From positions 1 through 30,776 of IMG/VR virus record IMGVR_UViG_3300025018_000410: a stretch of 30,776 bases of DNA; one strand, 5' to 3'. Positions within the stretch are counted from its first letter, which is position 1. Every line of letters begins with the position of its first letter. Below, in pieces: positions 1 to 9,103 of this stretch. The DNA is from a virus. Its lineage: Duplodnaviria; Caudoviricetes. The translations under genes were made by a program, and so were the position numbers. The notes below the pieces were generated by a model. It had not been told where the DNA came from and made no database searches. It saw nothing but the letters and a program-made list of their open reading frames with translations.

Positions 1-1
1 G

Positions 2-487
2 CACGAAAATGCACGCGGCCACGAGCGCCACGATGCCCAGCACTCCGGTCGGCCCGGCGAGGTTGATGCCGGTGCCCTCGAGTTCGGCGTAGGCGTATTT
101 GCGGGCAAAGGCTCTCCATGCCTCGTCTTTCTTTTGGGCGGCGAGCTGGCCCTTGCGCAGCTCGGCGATGATCGCGGCCTGGTCTTCGATTGTGACCGGC
201 TGCTTCGGCTCGCCCAGGCTCTGCGATAGCGGGGTGGCCACGGCGTGGATCTGCTGGATCTGGTTCGCCGGGTCCGGTTCCACGACCGCGCTCTTTTGCA
301 TGATGTAGCTGGCGCCCTGGCGCTCGGCCTCGACCTGCTGCGGCGATTTCTCGGCCAGTTTGGGGTCGATCGTCTTTTGAAACACGCGCCATTGCGGGAG
401 GCTGCAGCCGAGCATCAAAAACAGCAGCACGCACGCCACGATCGTGGCGGCGGTGGTCCAGCACATGCCTCGGGCTTCGGTCGTCAT
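2..487 (-). CDS. Putative lipoprotein with C-terminal hydrophobic segment (u-spanin-like); 3' end runs off the window
   Basis: Manual translation, not in ORF track: MTTEARGMCWTTAATIVACVLLFLMLG|CSLPQWRVFQKTIDPKLAEKSPQQVEAERQ...GVLGIVALVAACIFV. Lipobox-like LMLG-C28; ATG overlaps the upstream stop (ATGA at 484-487). Confidence 0.65.
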   Translation of the reverse strand, partial: MTTEARGMCWTTAATIVACVLLFLMLGCSLPQWRVFQKTIDPKLAEKSPQQVEAERQGASYIMQKSAVVEPDPANQIQQIHAVATPLSQSLGEPKQPVTIEDQAAIIAELRKGQLAAQKKDEAWRAFARKYAYAELEGTGINLAGPTGVLGIVALVAACIFV

Positions 488-564
488 CGCAGGGTCCAGG
501 TGTAGGTCTTGGCGACGATCAGCAGGACCACGGCCAGCAAAGCAATCAGGGTCGAGCGGTTCAT
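484..564 (-). CDS. 26-aa single-TM peptide (possible lysis accessory)
   Basis: MNRSTLIALLAVVLLIVAKTYTWTLR; starts 5 nt after the upstream stop and overlaps the next ATG. Confidence 0.55.
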   Translation of the reverse strand: MNRSTLIALLAVVLLIVAKTYTWTLR

Positions 565-569
565 GGCGA

Positions 570-1016
570 TTATTTCAGGGCGGCGGCCGTGCGGAATAGG
601 GCATCGATCTGGGCGGCGGTCAGGCCGAGGGCGGCGGCCATGTTGGTGAGCACCTCGTTGTCGCGGCGCACGCTTCCGGCGAACTCCCAGCCGTCCTTCG
701 TGGTTTGATCGGCGGCGGCGACAGCGGCTTCCACGGCGGATCGTAGGCCAGCGGCGTTTATCGCTCGGCGAATTTGCCACTGTGTTACTTCGCCTGGCAC
801 CGGGGCAAACGCGGGCGGATTTTCGAGGTGTTCCGCGAGTGCTTCGGTGGTCAATGGTTGCGTGCTGTCTTCGCAGGGGACGGCGATGACTTGTCCGCTG
901 GGTTCTTGCACGCGGTGCGCGGTGGACTCGGCGGGTTCGAGGACGGTGTATGTGCCGCGCTCGGCGACGGTCAACGCGTAGGGCTCAAACGGTGTGGGTG
1001 TGATTTCGTCGGGCAT
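570..1016 (-). CDS. Tail-fibre-associated (assembly chaperone-like) protein, 148 aa
   Basis: C-terminal pattern VTQWQIRRAINAAGL...WEFAGSVRRDNEVL...LGLTAAQIDALFRTAAAL is typical of small proteins downstream of tail fibres; ATG at 1016 is 1 nt after the fibre stop. Confidence 0.65.
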   Translation of the reverse strand: MPDEITPTPFEPYALTVAERGTYTVLEPAESTAHRVQEPSGQVIAVPCEDSTQPLTTEALAEHLENPPAFAPVPGEVTQWQIRRAINAAGLRSAVEAAVAAADQTTKDGWEFAGSVRRDNEVLTNMAAALGLTAAQIDALFRTAAALK

Positions 1017-1017
1017 G

Positions 1018-2571
1018 TTAGGCGAGGCGTTCGAGTTTGATAACGATGGTGCCGGAAGCATTTCCAGAGCAAGTCAGGTAGAGACTCGCGCCGGTGGAGA
1101 TCCGCGAGGCGAAGGTGGAGATGTCGAAATTGCCGTTGACGGCCTGTGCGTTGACGATTTCGGTCCCGCTCGACGTGGTGCCGATGCTTAGGTTGACCGA
1201 TGCGTCGGAGTTTCCGCTGATGGAGACGACGCGGTAGGCCGAGCCGTCGAGGAGCACGCCGCCACCAAGTTGGATGCTGCTGCCGGTGTAGGCAAACGGC
1301 AGGACGAGCGGCGCGGGGACGGACTCGGTAAAGCCCGTGATGCCGAGCAGTCGGCGCGAGAATCGACCGAGGGCATCGCCGGTGAAGCGCAGGCCCTGCG
1401 GGTTGGTGATCGGGGCGTCGAGGGTGCCGAGTTCGTATATCTCAAAATTATCTATCGAAATGCTAGTCCATGTTTTGGACCCGCGTACGATATAAATGGC
1501 TCCCGTATATGTTGGGGACGCGATAACGTCATTATCCCCCGCTACTATCGATGCAGTCATGGGTAAAGCCGCCCCGTTTTGCATCCCTACGAAAACAGAA
1601 CCGGTGTCCCCAAGCATGTCGGACAGATTTACTTTGAGGCGGTATTTACGTCCGGCGACCAGCGATAAGCCGCTGAACGTGGTGCCATCGTAAAAGACGC
1701 TGCCCCCGGTGAAGTCGATAACGCCCTTTCCCCCGGTGGCCGTAATTGTGCCGCTGAGCTTGTTGGTCCAAGAGCCGACCCCGCTGTCGAAAGTACTGCT
1801 GTTGCCTGTTGCGTAACTAACCTGACTCCCGGCACGTTCTGCCCACGCGGGGCGTTGCCCGCCTGCGGTCCAGACTGCGGCTTCGGTGGATGACCATGCG
1901 GCGTTGTATATGCGGACCTTCGGGGCGTCGCCGGAGGGCCAGTTGAAGCCGTAGAGTTTGTAGGTATCGACGAGGGCCGCGTCCATCCAGTTGGGCGGGG
2001 TGCCTGCCGTCGTGAGCGCGAACGATGAAGTTTTATCCACGCCGTTGATCGTGATTGTCGGGTCGGTGGTGGAGTCACCCTCGGGGAAGCTGACTACGAT
2101 GCGGACGGCTTGGCCGGAGTAGGTCGTGCGAAATGCCGACCAATAAAGCCAGCGGTAATCGACTCCGCTAGATGCCCCGTTTGCGCGAATATATATCCCG
2201 GCCGCCGCGTCCATTTGCGCAGCCAGCCCGTTTGTTCCCGCGCTGGTGGTTGACGAAGCAAGCGCGCAAAGAAACGTCGTCACGCCGGTTGCTGTCTCCG
2301 GCACCTTCGGAATCTCGATCTCAAACGTCGCCGGGCTGGCGGCGAGTGCGCCGGTGGTGCCGTATTGCGCGATCTCTGCGCGGTTGGTGGTTGCGCCGTC
2401 GGAGATGCGGCGGGGGGCGGTGGCGCGGTTGGCTACTTTATTCAGCACTTCCTGGGTGCTGTCGATTTCCAGATTTGCCCTTGCGCTGGCGGCGCTGGCG
2501 AGGTCGCTCAGGTTGTTGGCGGCAAGGGCTGCGCCTGCTGCCGGATCGATGGGTGGAGGGTAGAGAATCAT
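1018..2571 (-). CDS. Tail fibre / receptor-binding protein, 517 aa (LamG-like plus CBM-like domains)
   Basis: N-terminal fibre motif LAANNLSDLASAASARANL; LamG-like ending VRIYNAAWSSTE; CBM-like module GNSSTFDSGVGSW...LVAGRKYRL...IDNFEIYE; Thr/Ser/Gly rich. Confidence 0.75.
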   Translation of the reverse strand: MILYPPPIDPAAGAALAANNLSDLASAASARANLEIDSTQEVLNKVANRATAPRRISDGATTNRAEIAQYGTTGALAASPATFEIEIPKVPETATGVTTFLCALASSTTSAGTNGLAAQMDAAAGIYIRANGASSGVDYRWLYWSAFRTTYSGQAVRIVVSFPEGDSTTDPTITINGVDKTSSFALTTAGTPPNWMDAALVDTYKLYGFNWPSGDAPKVRIYNAAWSSTEAAVWTAGGQRPAWAERAGSQVSYATGNSSTFDSGVGSWTNKLSGTITATGGKGVIDFTGGSVFYDGTTFSGLSLVAGRKYRLKVNLSDMLGDTGSVFVGMQNGAALPMTASIVAGDNDVIASPTYTGAIYIVRGSKTWTSISIDNFEIYELGTLDAPITNPQGLRFTGDALGRFSRRLLGITGFTESVPAPLVLPFAYTGSSIQLGGGVLLDGSAYRVVSISGNSDASVNLSIGTTSSGTEIVNAQAVNGNFDISTFASRISTGASLYLTCSGNASGTIVIKLERLA

Positions 2572-2577
2572 GGCGGG

Positions 2578-2898
2578 TTATCCCTTGTATTGTGCCACCT
2601 GCAGCGCCGAGTCGGTGCCGGTGGAGCGGATGAATTGCGCGAGGTCGGCTTCCTCGCGACTCAGGCGGATGAATTGCCCCGCGATGGCGGCAAAGCCCAG
2701 CGTGGCCGTGGGCGTGGTGCCGTTGATCGTGTAGCGCACGGCGGCGTCCTCGATCGAGATCAGCACAGCGCGCGTGTTCTGGTGCAGGTCGCTGGCGGCC
2801 AGCAGGCTCAGCAGCGTCACGGCGGCGCTGCTCACGGCGAGTGGGCCTTCGTGGTCGGCCTCGTTGTTGGGTATGCCTTGGAAGTCGGATTCTTTCAT
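2578..2898 (-). CDS. Hypothetical virion protein, 106 aa
   Basis: Compact ORF in the structural operon; IEDAAVRYTINGTTPTATLG beta-rich pattern. Confidence 0.7.
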   Translation of the reverse strand: MKESDFQGIPNNEADHEGPLAVSSAAVTLLSLLAASDLHQNTRAVLISIEDAAVRYTINGTTPTATLGFAAIAGQFIRLSREEADLAQFIRSTGTDSALQVAQYKG

Positions 2899-2937
2899 GG
2901 TGGTATCCTCGGGTTGATTGGTCGGGCGGCGGGCGCG

Positions 2938-3195
2938 TTACATCACCTCGTTGTCGGCCTTGGCGGCGCGGTCGCGGATCTCGGCCTCGCTCATGTCGTC
3001 GCTGTCGCCATCGGGCGTCTCGGGCGCTTGGTCGGCGATCGGCTCGCCATTGGCGGCGATCGGCTCGAGGTAGGTCTTGTCGCCTTCGGTGCGCGTCACT
3101 CGCGCGCTCAGGTTTACGTCGACTTCATCGCCCTGCGCGGGGCTGGTGCCGTCGAGGGCAAGGGATTTGGTGCTGACGCAAATTTCGGATTTCAT
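2938..3195 (-). CDS. Hypothetical acidic protein, 85 aa
   Basis: MKSEICVSTKSLALDG...; ATG at 3195 lies downstream of the capsid terminator, so the longer track ORF start is unlikely. Confidence 0.65.
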   Translation of the reverse strand: MKSEICVSTKSLALDGTSPAQGDEVDVNLSARVTRTEGDKTYLEPIAANGEPIADQAPETPDGDSDDMSEAEIRDRAAKADNEVM

Positions 3196-3239
3196 GGCGG
3201 GCGGTCGGGTGGAAAAAAGGGGGGGGAATAAAGGAAAAG

Positions 3240-3294
3240 AAAAAAAAAAGAGGGGCGGCGCTGGGCCGGGTTGGGCGTCGCTCTCCGCCCCTCT
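3240..3294 (-). terminator. Intrinsic terminator after the major capsid gene
   Basis: Minus strand: AGAGGGGCGG-26 nt-CCGCCCCTCT (perfect 10-bp stem, 3249-3258/3285-3294) followed by a T9 tract; 26 nt after the capsid stop. Confidence 0.75.
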
Positions 3295-3320
3295 CGTTGC
3301 TATGGCTGTTCCGGGTTCGC

Positions 3321-4304
3321 TCAGGCGAAGGTGGACTTCGTGCGCAGGCAAATGCCAAAGTTCGCGTTCAGCAGCTTGGCGGTCCAGAAGGACTTCCAGC
3401 CTGCGGTCATGTATTGGTTCAACGGGTCGGCCTTGTCGGGCTTGTCGTTGATGATGATGCTCGGCTTGAGCGGCGACTGCGTCCCGGCCAGCTTCGGGGT
3501 GCCGTAGGCACCGCGTCCCAGCACGTAGGTGCTGTAGATGAGACCGTCCGAGTTGTCGTCGGTCGCGTCGTAGGTGCCTTCCGTCTCATCCTCGATGAAC
3601 GGATTGGTGTGCTCCACGATGCGCCCGCCCCACAGCATGCCGATCTCGCCCTTGTAGATGCCGTCCGGCTGGACGTATTTCGCGGGGTCGAGCACGTCGC
3701 TGTCGCGCAGGAGGTCGCGCAGCACCTGCGGGGCCATCGCGATCACGTAGGCACCGCCGATCTTGGGCGCGCGGTTGATCTTGAGCTGCGTGACGCTGTC
3801 GAGCAGGTCCGCACCGATGATCTTGCCGTTCGCCTGCGTGGCGGCAGAGAGCGCCGTGAAGTCGGCCAGCGACTGGCCGTAGCGCTTGGTCAAGCCCGCC
3901 GAGGTGTGGCTCAGCGCGGCGCGCACGAGGTCGTCGGCGTGCAGGGCGCAGTCCTCGCCCATGGTCTCGATCGACTGCTTGAGCGCGTCAAACAGGCCGG
4001 TCATGGTGACCACGTCGGTGATTTTGGCCGCTTCGCCATACTGCGCCAGCGTCGCCTCGACGTAGCTGTAGGTGACGTTGCGGAACGTCGAGATCGGCGT
4101 CCCCTCTGTGAGGGTCTGCACGTTGGAGCTGGCTCCGACTTCGGGTTGGAACCAGCGGATGGTGAGGTTGCCCTTTTTCTTGGGCAGTTCGGCTTGGAGC
4201 CCGAATTTGTCGAGCACGAGCGCCTGCACGGCATGCTGCAGGAGCTGTTTGGAGAAGAATGTCTGGTAAAGGTCTGAGAGGGTGGATTGGGCAGTAGTTG
4301 CCAT
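3321..4304 (-). CDS. Major capsid protein, N4-gp56 family, 327 aa
   Basis: Family motifs LPKKKG.TIRW, LTEGTP, ATLAQYG...ITD, DPLNQYMTAGWK.F..AKLLN; position after portal and scaffold. Confidence 0.9.
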   Translation of the reverse strand: MATTAQSTLSDLYQTFFSKQLLQHAVQALVLDKFGLQAELPKKKGNLTIRWFQPEVGASSNVQTLTEGTPISTFRNVTYSYVEATLAQYGEAAKITDVVTMTGLFDALKQSIETMGEDCALHADDLVRAALSHTSAGLTKRYGQSLADFTALSAATQANGKIIGADLLDSVTQLKINRAPKIGGAYVIAMAPQVLRDLLRDSDVLDPAKYVQPDGIYKGEIGMLWGGRIVEHTNPFIEDETEGTYDATDDNSDGLIYSTYVLGRGAYGTPKLAGTQSPLKPSIIINDKPDKADPLNQYMTAGWKSFWTAKLLNANFGICLRTKSTFA

Positions 4305-4330
4305 GGTGGATGGCAGCGCGTTCCCCTACT

Positions 4331-5317
4331 TCAGTTTTCTTCCTCGGCGCGGCGGCGGATGACGGCTTCCTGCTCGGCGGTCGACATTTCCTCAAAGGAT
4401 TTGTTGCCGCTGCGGGTCTCCGGTCCCCCGGCGCTCGGGGTCGTGTGCTGTTGTAGTTTCGCGAGCTGTTCTTTTAGCTCCGCGTTCTCTTGGACCAGTG
4501 TGTCGTAGCCGTTGGCCTTGATTACGAGCTGCGCCCCTTGCACGGCTTTGGCGATGCCATCGTTGAATTGATTCAGCCACGGCTCGCTCTTGAGGAGCTG
4601 CGCGGTGGTTTGATACAATTCGCTGGTGGTGTCGGTCAGTTCAGGATGTTCTTCGCCGAGGCGCTTGAGGTTGCGCTGCCACGTCCCGAGAAATTCGGGC
4701 GTGCCGGGCGTTTCCTCGGGCGGGCGGCTGTCTGTCGCCCGGCTGGCCTGCTCGCGTGCCGCCGGTTGGGCGGGGAGCTTGCTGGCTTGCTCGGCCTTTT
4801 CGCGGGCCATGTCGGCAAGGTCGTATTTACCCTGCTTCTCCCATGTCGCGGCGGCGTCCTCCCACTCTTTGGCGCTGTAGCCTTCGAGTTTGGCGGGTTC
4901 GTCGCGGGCCGGTTGGCGTGGGCTCGGGCTCTGCTGCTCCCGGCGCTGGAGTTCGGCCTCGCGGCGTTCCAGTGCCTCGCGGCGTTCCTCGAGCTTCTTC
5001 CAAGTGCGGTCTTGGCGTTCCTGTTCCTTCCGTTCGCGTTCTTCGCGCTTGCGCGCAAAGTCGCTTTTCGTGTCGGTGGGCTCAGCCTTTTTCTTGGCGG
5101 GCTGTTCCTGCTGGTCTTTCGATTCTGCGGAGTCGGTTTCGGTGGCAGGGTCCAGTGTGGAGTCCTGTTCGACTTTGCGTTCCGTATCCTGCGCCCCGGA
5201 CGTCAGGGTGCTGGTATCCACGTCCATGCCGCTGTCGGCGTCGCTGGCAGCTTGGCGCAGCTTGGCTTCCATGTCGGCGTTGGGATCGGTTTCGACTGTC
5301 GTTTCTGTGGCGGTCAT
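4331..5317 (-). CDS. Capsid scaffolding protein, 328 aa
   Basis: Acidic disordered N-terminus, charged coiled coils, C-terminal FEEMSTAEQEAVIRRR helix; directly upstream of the capsid gene. Confidence 0.75.
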   Translation of the reverse strand: MTATETTVETDPNADMEAKLRQAASDADSGMDVDTSTLTSGAQDTERKVEQDSTLDPATETDSAESKDQQEQPAKKKAEPTDTKSDFARKREERERKEQERQDRTWKKLEERREALERREAELQRREQQSPSPRQPARDEPAKLEGYSAKEWEDAAATWEKQGKYDLADMAREKAEQASKLPAQPAAREQASRATDSRPPEETPGTPEFLGTWQRNLKRLGEEHPELTDTTSELYQTTAQLLKSEPWLNQFNDGIAKAVQGAQLVIKANGYDTLVQENAELKEQLAKLQQHTTPSAGGPETRSGNKSFEEMSTAEQEAVIRRRAEEEN

Positions 5318-5328
5318 GCGTTATTTTT

Positions 5329-5712
5329 TTACGGGGCCAATCGTTCGCGCAGGTCGTCCGGTCCCCGAGTGGCGTCTTGCGCGGATTCTTCCCCACTTGG
5401 CGGCGGGGGAAGGGGTGCCGATAAAATGATGAGCGTGGCGGCGGCTTCGCGGTAGCCCACGGCCCGGCCTCGGGCATGGTCCACGCGGCGTTGCTCGGAA
5501 TCGCAGGCGGTCGCCTTGAGCAGTTCCTCGTTGTGGCGCAGGGTCTGCAGCACGGCGTGCCCGGTCGGGCTCTTGAGGAAGTATAGCAGCGCGGCCCGGT
5601 GGTCCGCGTTCCACTCTGGGGCGGTTTCCGGGGCGGGCGTCGGCAGTTCGAGCATGCCCGCCAGCAAGCGGGAGCGCAGGAGGTGGCGGAGGCGGTTCAG
5701 TAGTCGCTTCAC
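5329..5712 (-). CDS. Small head-module protein between portal and scaffold, 127 aa
   Basis: GTG start overlaps the portal stop (GTGA 5709-5712); FLKSPTGHAVLQTL...ARGRAVG pattern typical of this gene position. Confidence 0.65.
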   Translation of the reverse strand: MKRLLNRLRHLLRSRLLAGMLELPTPAPETAPEWNADHRAALLYFLKSPTGHAVLQTLRHNEELLKATACDSEQRRVDHARGRAVGYREAAATLIILSAPLPPPPSGEESAQDATRGPDDLRERLAP

Positions 5713-7559
5713 ATCGCACCTCCTGTGGCTCCGGCTTGGGTTTCCGCCATGGGTGGCGGGAAATATTGCGCCATGGCCTGCTCGGCGCGTTGCACCTTGA
5801 CGGCGGCTTGCTTTGCGGCCTTCGGGTTCTTGCCCTGCAGGGCTTGCAGGTGCTGCTGCAGGTGCTGCTGCATGCGTTGCCATGCGATCGGGCTCAGTGG
5901 CTCCCCGGTGGTCAGCACCATCTCGAGTCGGCCCACCACGGTGTTGATGTGGATCTCGTCGTTGTCGCCGGGCAGCACCATGGCCGGGAAGCCTTTTTCA
6001 AGGATCGTCAGCTCCATCGCTTGGTCCTCGGTCTGGTTGGCTTCCTCCCAGCCGTCGTCCACGAACAATTCGCGCACCAGTGCCGGGTCGTCCTCGCGCA
6101 GCGTGCTCTTGGCCAGCTTGGCTTGGTTGATGTTGGGATGCCCTTTGAACATCGCAAAGCGGGCTTGCGCGCGTTGCATGCGGGCGGGCTTGTTCCACGA
6201 GTCCGGGCTTCCATCCGGGCTGATCAGGTAGGCGTCGTGCAGCGCCTCGGGCGGCAGCTTGTTCAGCTGGTCCGCGAAATAGTATTGCAGGTCGTCCTTC
6301 TTGTAGGTGCGCAGCAGCGCCCATGCGTAGCGGTATAGTTCGCTCAGCCGGTCGCGGAAGATGCGGGCGCGCAGGTCCGTGCTCATGCCCATCAGCTGGC
6401 CGCTCTGCTGCACTTCGGTGGCGGTCTTGCGCTGGCTCGTGTTGATCTGCTGGCCCACGCCAAAGTCCGGCATGGCGATCAAATATTCGCCCACCATGCG
6501 GGTGTTGACCATCTCGCTGTCGAAGGAGAGCGGCGGCTCGGGGAATTTGACCGCCTTCAGGTTGCGGCCAATCACTGCGCCTGGCACCAGCGCCACGTTG
6601 TTCAGGTTGATCGTCTCGCCTTCGTGGGTGAAGAGCGGGCGGTTCGTGTAGGACATGCTGTCCGCCTTCTCATTCCAGACGCGCGTGATGTAGTTCTCAA
6701 ACTGGCCCAGCCGTTCAGCCACGCCCCGGCTCGCGTAGTAGCCCTTGTCCTTGATCTCCATCGGGAAATCCACGAAGGGCAGAAACGGCTTGCCGTTGAA
6801 TTCGTAGGTGCACAGGAAGTCCTGCTTGATCTGCTCGTCCGGGCACAACGGCGAGTAGGTGTAAACGCGCCACTTGCCGCTCGGCTCCTTCTTCCAGTGC
6901 TCGTGGATGATGATCTGGTCGTCGTTCTGGCCGTGGGTCAGTCCCTCGCGGGAGTATTTGTCTTCCTCCTTCGCCGGGTTGTCCGGCCCGGCCCCGCTGA
7001 TCTTCTTGATCAGTTCCTCGTCCTGCCGGTAGTCCGTGCGCGCCTTGTAGTCGGCCACGGTCAGCTGCAGGATCTGCGTCAGGCGCGGCAGCTTCTGCAG
7101 GTCCACTCCGCTCTGCGGCACGACGATGTAGATCGGGTCGATCGCGTCAAATACCAGCTCCTTCGCGTGGCTGTTCCAGAAGAGCTTCACCACCTCGTTG
7201 CCCGACATGAGCATGTTGTCGATGGCCGAGAGCCCCTCGCGGAAAAAGTTCGTGTATTGCACGATTTGGAAGTGGAACCACGCGGCGGCGGCGTCGGTCG
7301 CTTCCTTCTGCTGGGTCAGGCGCGAGGCCACAAAGGTCGCCAGCTGCTCGCTGCCCCAAATCTGCGAAAAGTAAAACGGCTTCAGCTTGTCGACCACGCC
7401 ATCGATCATGGGGAAGTGCAGGTCGGCGGCGTTGGCGTGCGGCTTGTTGCGACGGCGCAGGCCGTCGTGGCGCATCTCATACCATGTGCCCTGTCGGCCT
7501 TCCCATGCCTTGCGGTTCTTCAGGTCGTCGAGGACGGTGGTGTAAATGTCGCGGCTCAT
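5709..7559 (-). CDS. Portal protein, 616 aa
   Basis: Follows TerL with an ATGA overlap; PFLPFV..P....YYASRGVAE, RKTATEV motifs and Gln/Ala-rich C-terminal barrel as in podoviral portals. Confidence 0.85.
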   Translation of the reverse strand: MSRDIYTTVLDDLKNRKAWEGRQGTWYEMRHDGLRRRNKPHANAADLHFPMIDGVVDKLKPFYFSQIWGSEQLATFVASRLTQQKEATDAAAAWFHFQIVQYTNFFREGLSAIDNMLMSGNEVVKLFWNSHAKELVFDAIDPIYIVVPQSGVDLQKLPRLTQILQLTVADYKARTDYRQDEELIKKISGAGPDNPAKEEDKYSREGLTHGQNDDQIIIHEHWKKEPSGKWRVYTYSPLCPDEQIKQDFLCTYEFNGKPFLPFVDFPMEIKDKGYYASRGVAERLGQFENYITRVWNEKADSMSYTNRPLFTHEGETINLNNVALVPGAVIGRNLKAVKFPEPPLSFDSEMVNTRMVGEYLIAMPDFGVGQQINTSQRKTATEVQQSGQLMGMSTDLRARIFRDRLSELYRYAWALLRTYKKDDLQYYFADQLNKLPPEALHDAYLISPDGSPDSWNKPARMQRAQARFAMFKGHPNINQAKLAKSTLREDDPALVRELFVDDGWEEANQTEDQAMELTILEKGFPAMVLPGDNDEIHINTVVGRLEMVLTTGEPLSPIAWQRMQQHLQQHLQALQGKNPKAAKQAAVKVQRAEQAMAQYFPPPMAETQAGATGGAM

Positions 7560-9103
7560 GATCCTGCCTCCATTCCGGCGGGCATCTCGACGAGGTTCCC
7601 GCTCTGGTGTTGCATCTCGGCAAATTGTTCAAAAGGGGTCGCCTGCCGCACGAGGTTCTGCACCACCGCGTGCCCTTGGCAGGTCATGCAGCCGAGGATT
7701 ACCTCCGCCCGGTCGGGCGAGTAGCCGAGGCGCTTCTTCATTTCCTCCTTGGTCTCGACCGCCAGCCGTCCGCTGCTGTGCACGCGGCCACTGCGCTGGG
7801 TCAGTTGGCGCTGGGTTTCCTCGTCGATCTCGAGCAGGTATTCCTGCCGCTCGATCGCCTTGGCTCCCTCATACCACATTTCCGTGCCCCGGTTCAGGTA
7901 TTCCTCGGGACGATTGGCCTTGGCTCCGTTGCTCCAGCGGTTCACCAGCCAGCCCAGCTCATGCAGCCGGTCGTTGATCACGCGGCCCAGCCCATCGTTG
8001 TCGCCGTAGATGCAGCTCGCGTTGGCTTGGTCCACGCCCAGCCGACGAAACTCCCGGATGAATTGCCCCACGGCCTTCATCGTGTCGGTCTCGCGCCATG
8101 CCTTCACCAGCCGGATCTTGTTGCCGCTCTTGTGGGCGATGGTGTTCTCGTCGCCTCCGGCGGCGTAGTCGCAAAATATGACCACGTTGCCCATGCGGCG
8201 CTCCATCGGCGGGTTCTGCAGGTTGGTGATCAGGTCGGCCCCGTTGATGATTGCGCCCTCGCTGCTCACCATGAATTCCGCAAAAACCTTTGACAGCACC
8301 AGTGGGTCTTTCAGTCCCCGGCGCTGGATGAGCGCGAGGTTCTTGGCGTGGTCCGCGTGCGGGCACAGCCCGGCGGGGATCTTAAAATGGTCGCTATAGC
8401 TCGAGCGCGCGGCGTTGTGGCTCTCGTAAAATTCCCCGCTCGGCCCCCCGCAGCTGCTTACCAGCAGAAGGTGCTGATAGGTGCAGCGCTCGATCGCGTC
8501 AAAAATGGCCCGGCTCACGCTCTTGGCCTCGTCCACCACGATCATCAGGGGGCCGTCGTGTTGGAATAGCTCGTAGAGTTCGTCCGGGTTGCCGTGCCAG
8601 CCTTCAAAGTGACCGCCCTCCCGCGCAGTGAAACCGACGCAGTGGGCTCCATTCGGTGCGGTTATCTTCGCATCGGTGGCGTGCCACCCCTTCAGCGACT
8701 TGGCGACGAGGGCGTTTGTGTGGGGGAAAATCTGTTCTCTTACCTGCCGGTCCACGCCCGAGGTGATGACCACCTTGCCGCGTGGGTTCAGCGCCATGAA
8801 AGGCAGCACCGCTCCGGGGATTATCTTGCTCGTCTTCCCGGCCCCGTTGCACGTCGCGGCGGTCACCTTGCTGCCGTGCCGGTCCACCGCCTGCAGCAGC
8901 TCCCGCTGCCATGGCTTGCGTGCAATGTCGTAGTAGGTGATGCCCGCCTCGCGGTCCCGGCACTCGCCCACCTTCTCGCCGTTGCCCTCGTCGCATAGCT
9001 GCATGCCGAGGTAGTATTTGGCGAATCCGTAGAAGCTGCTCAGCAGCTGCTTCTGTTCAAAGCTCAGCTCGTCCACCGCGACCTTTTGCGCCTCGGCCAC
9101 CAT
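7556..9103 (-). CDS. terL: Terminase large subunit, 515 aa
   Basis: Walker A ATCNGAGKT, Walker B IVVDEAK, motif III LLVSS, nuclease IFCDYAAGGDEN and SPDRAE; ATG 9103 overlaps the TerS stop and has an AAGGAGG RBS. Confidence 0.92.
   Translation of the reverse strand: MVAEAQKVAVDELSFEQKQLLSSFYGFAKYYLGMQLCDEGNGEKVGECRDREAGITYYDIARKPWQRELLQAVDRHGSKVTAATCNGAGKTSKIIPGAVLPFMALNPRGKVVITSGVDRQVREQIFPHTNALVAKSLKGWHATDAKITAPNGAHCVGFTAREGGHFEGWHGNPDELYELFQHDGPLMIVVDEAKSVSRAIFDAIERCTYQHLLLVSSCGGPSGEFYESHNAARSSYSDHFKIPAGLCPHADHAKNLALIQRRGLKDPLVLSKVFAEFMVSSEGAIINGADLITNLQNPPMERRMGNVVIFCDYAAGGDENTIAHKSGNKIRLVKAWRETDTMKAVGQFIREFRRLGVDQANASCIYGDNDGLGRVINDRLHELGWLVNRWSNGAKANRPEEYLNRGTEMWYEGAKAIERQEYLLEIDEETQRQLTQRSGRVHSSGRLAVETKEEMKKRLGYSPDRAEVILGCMTCQGHAVVQNLVRQATPFEQFAEMQHQSGNLVEMPAGMEAGS

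Noticed and set aside
1018-2571. Diversity-generating retroelement target in the tail fibre
   Set aside because: No reverse transcriptase and no TR/VR repeat pair seen in the window.
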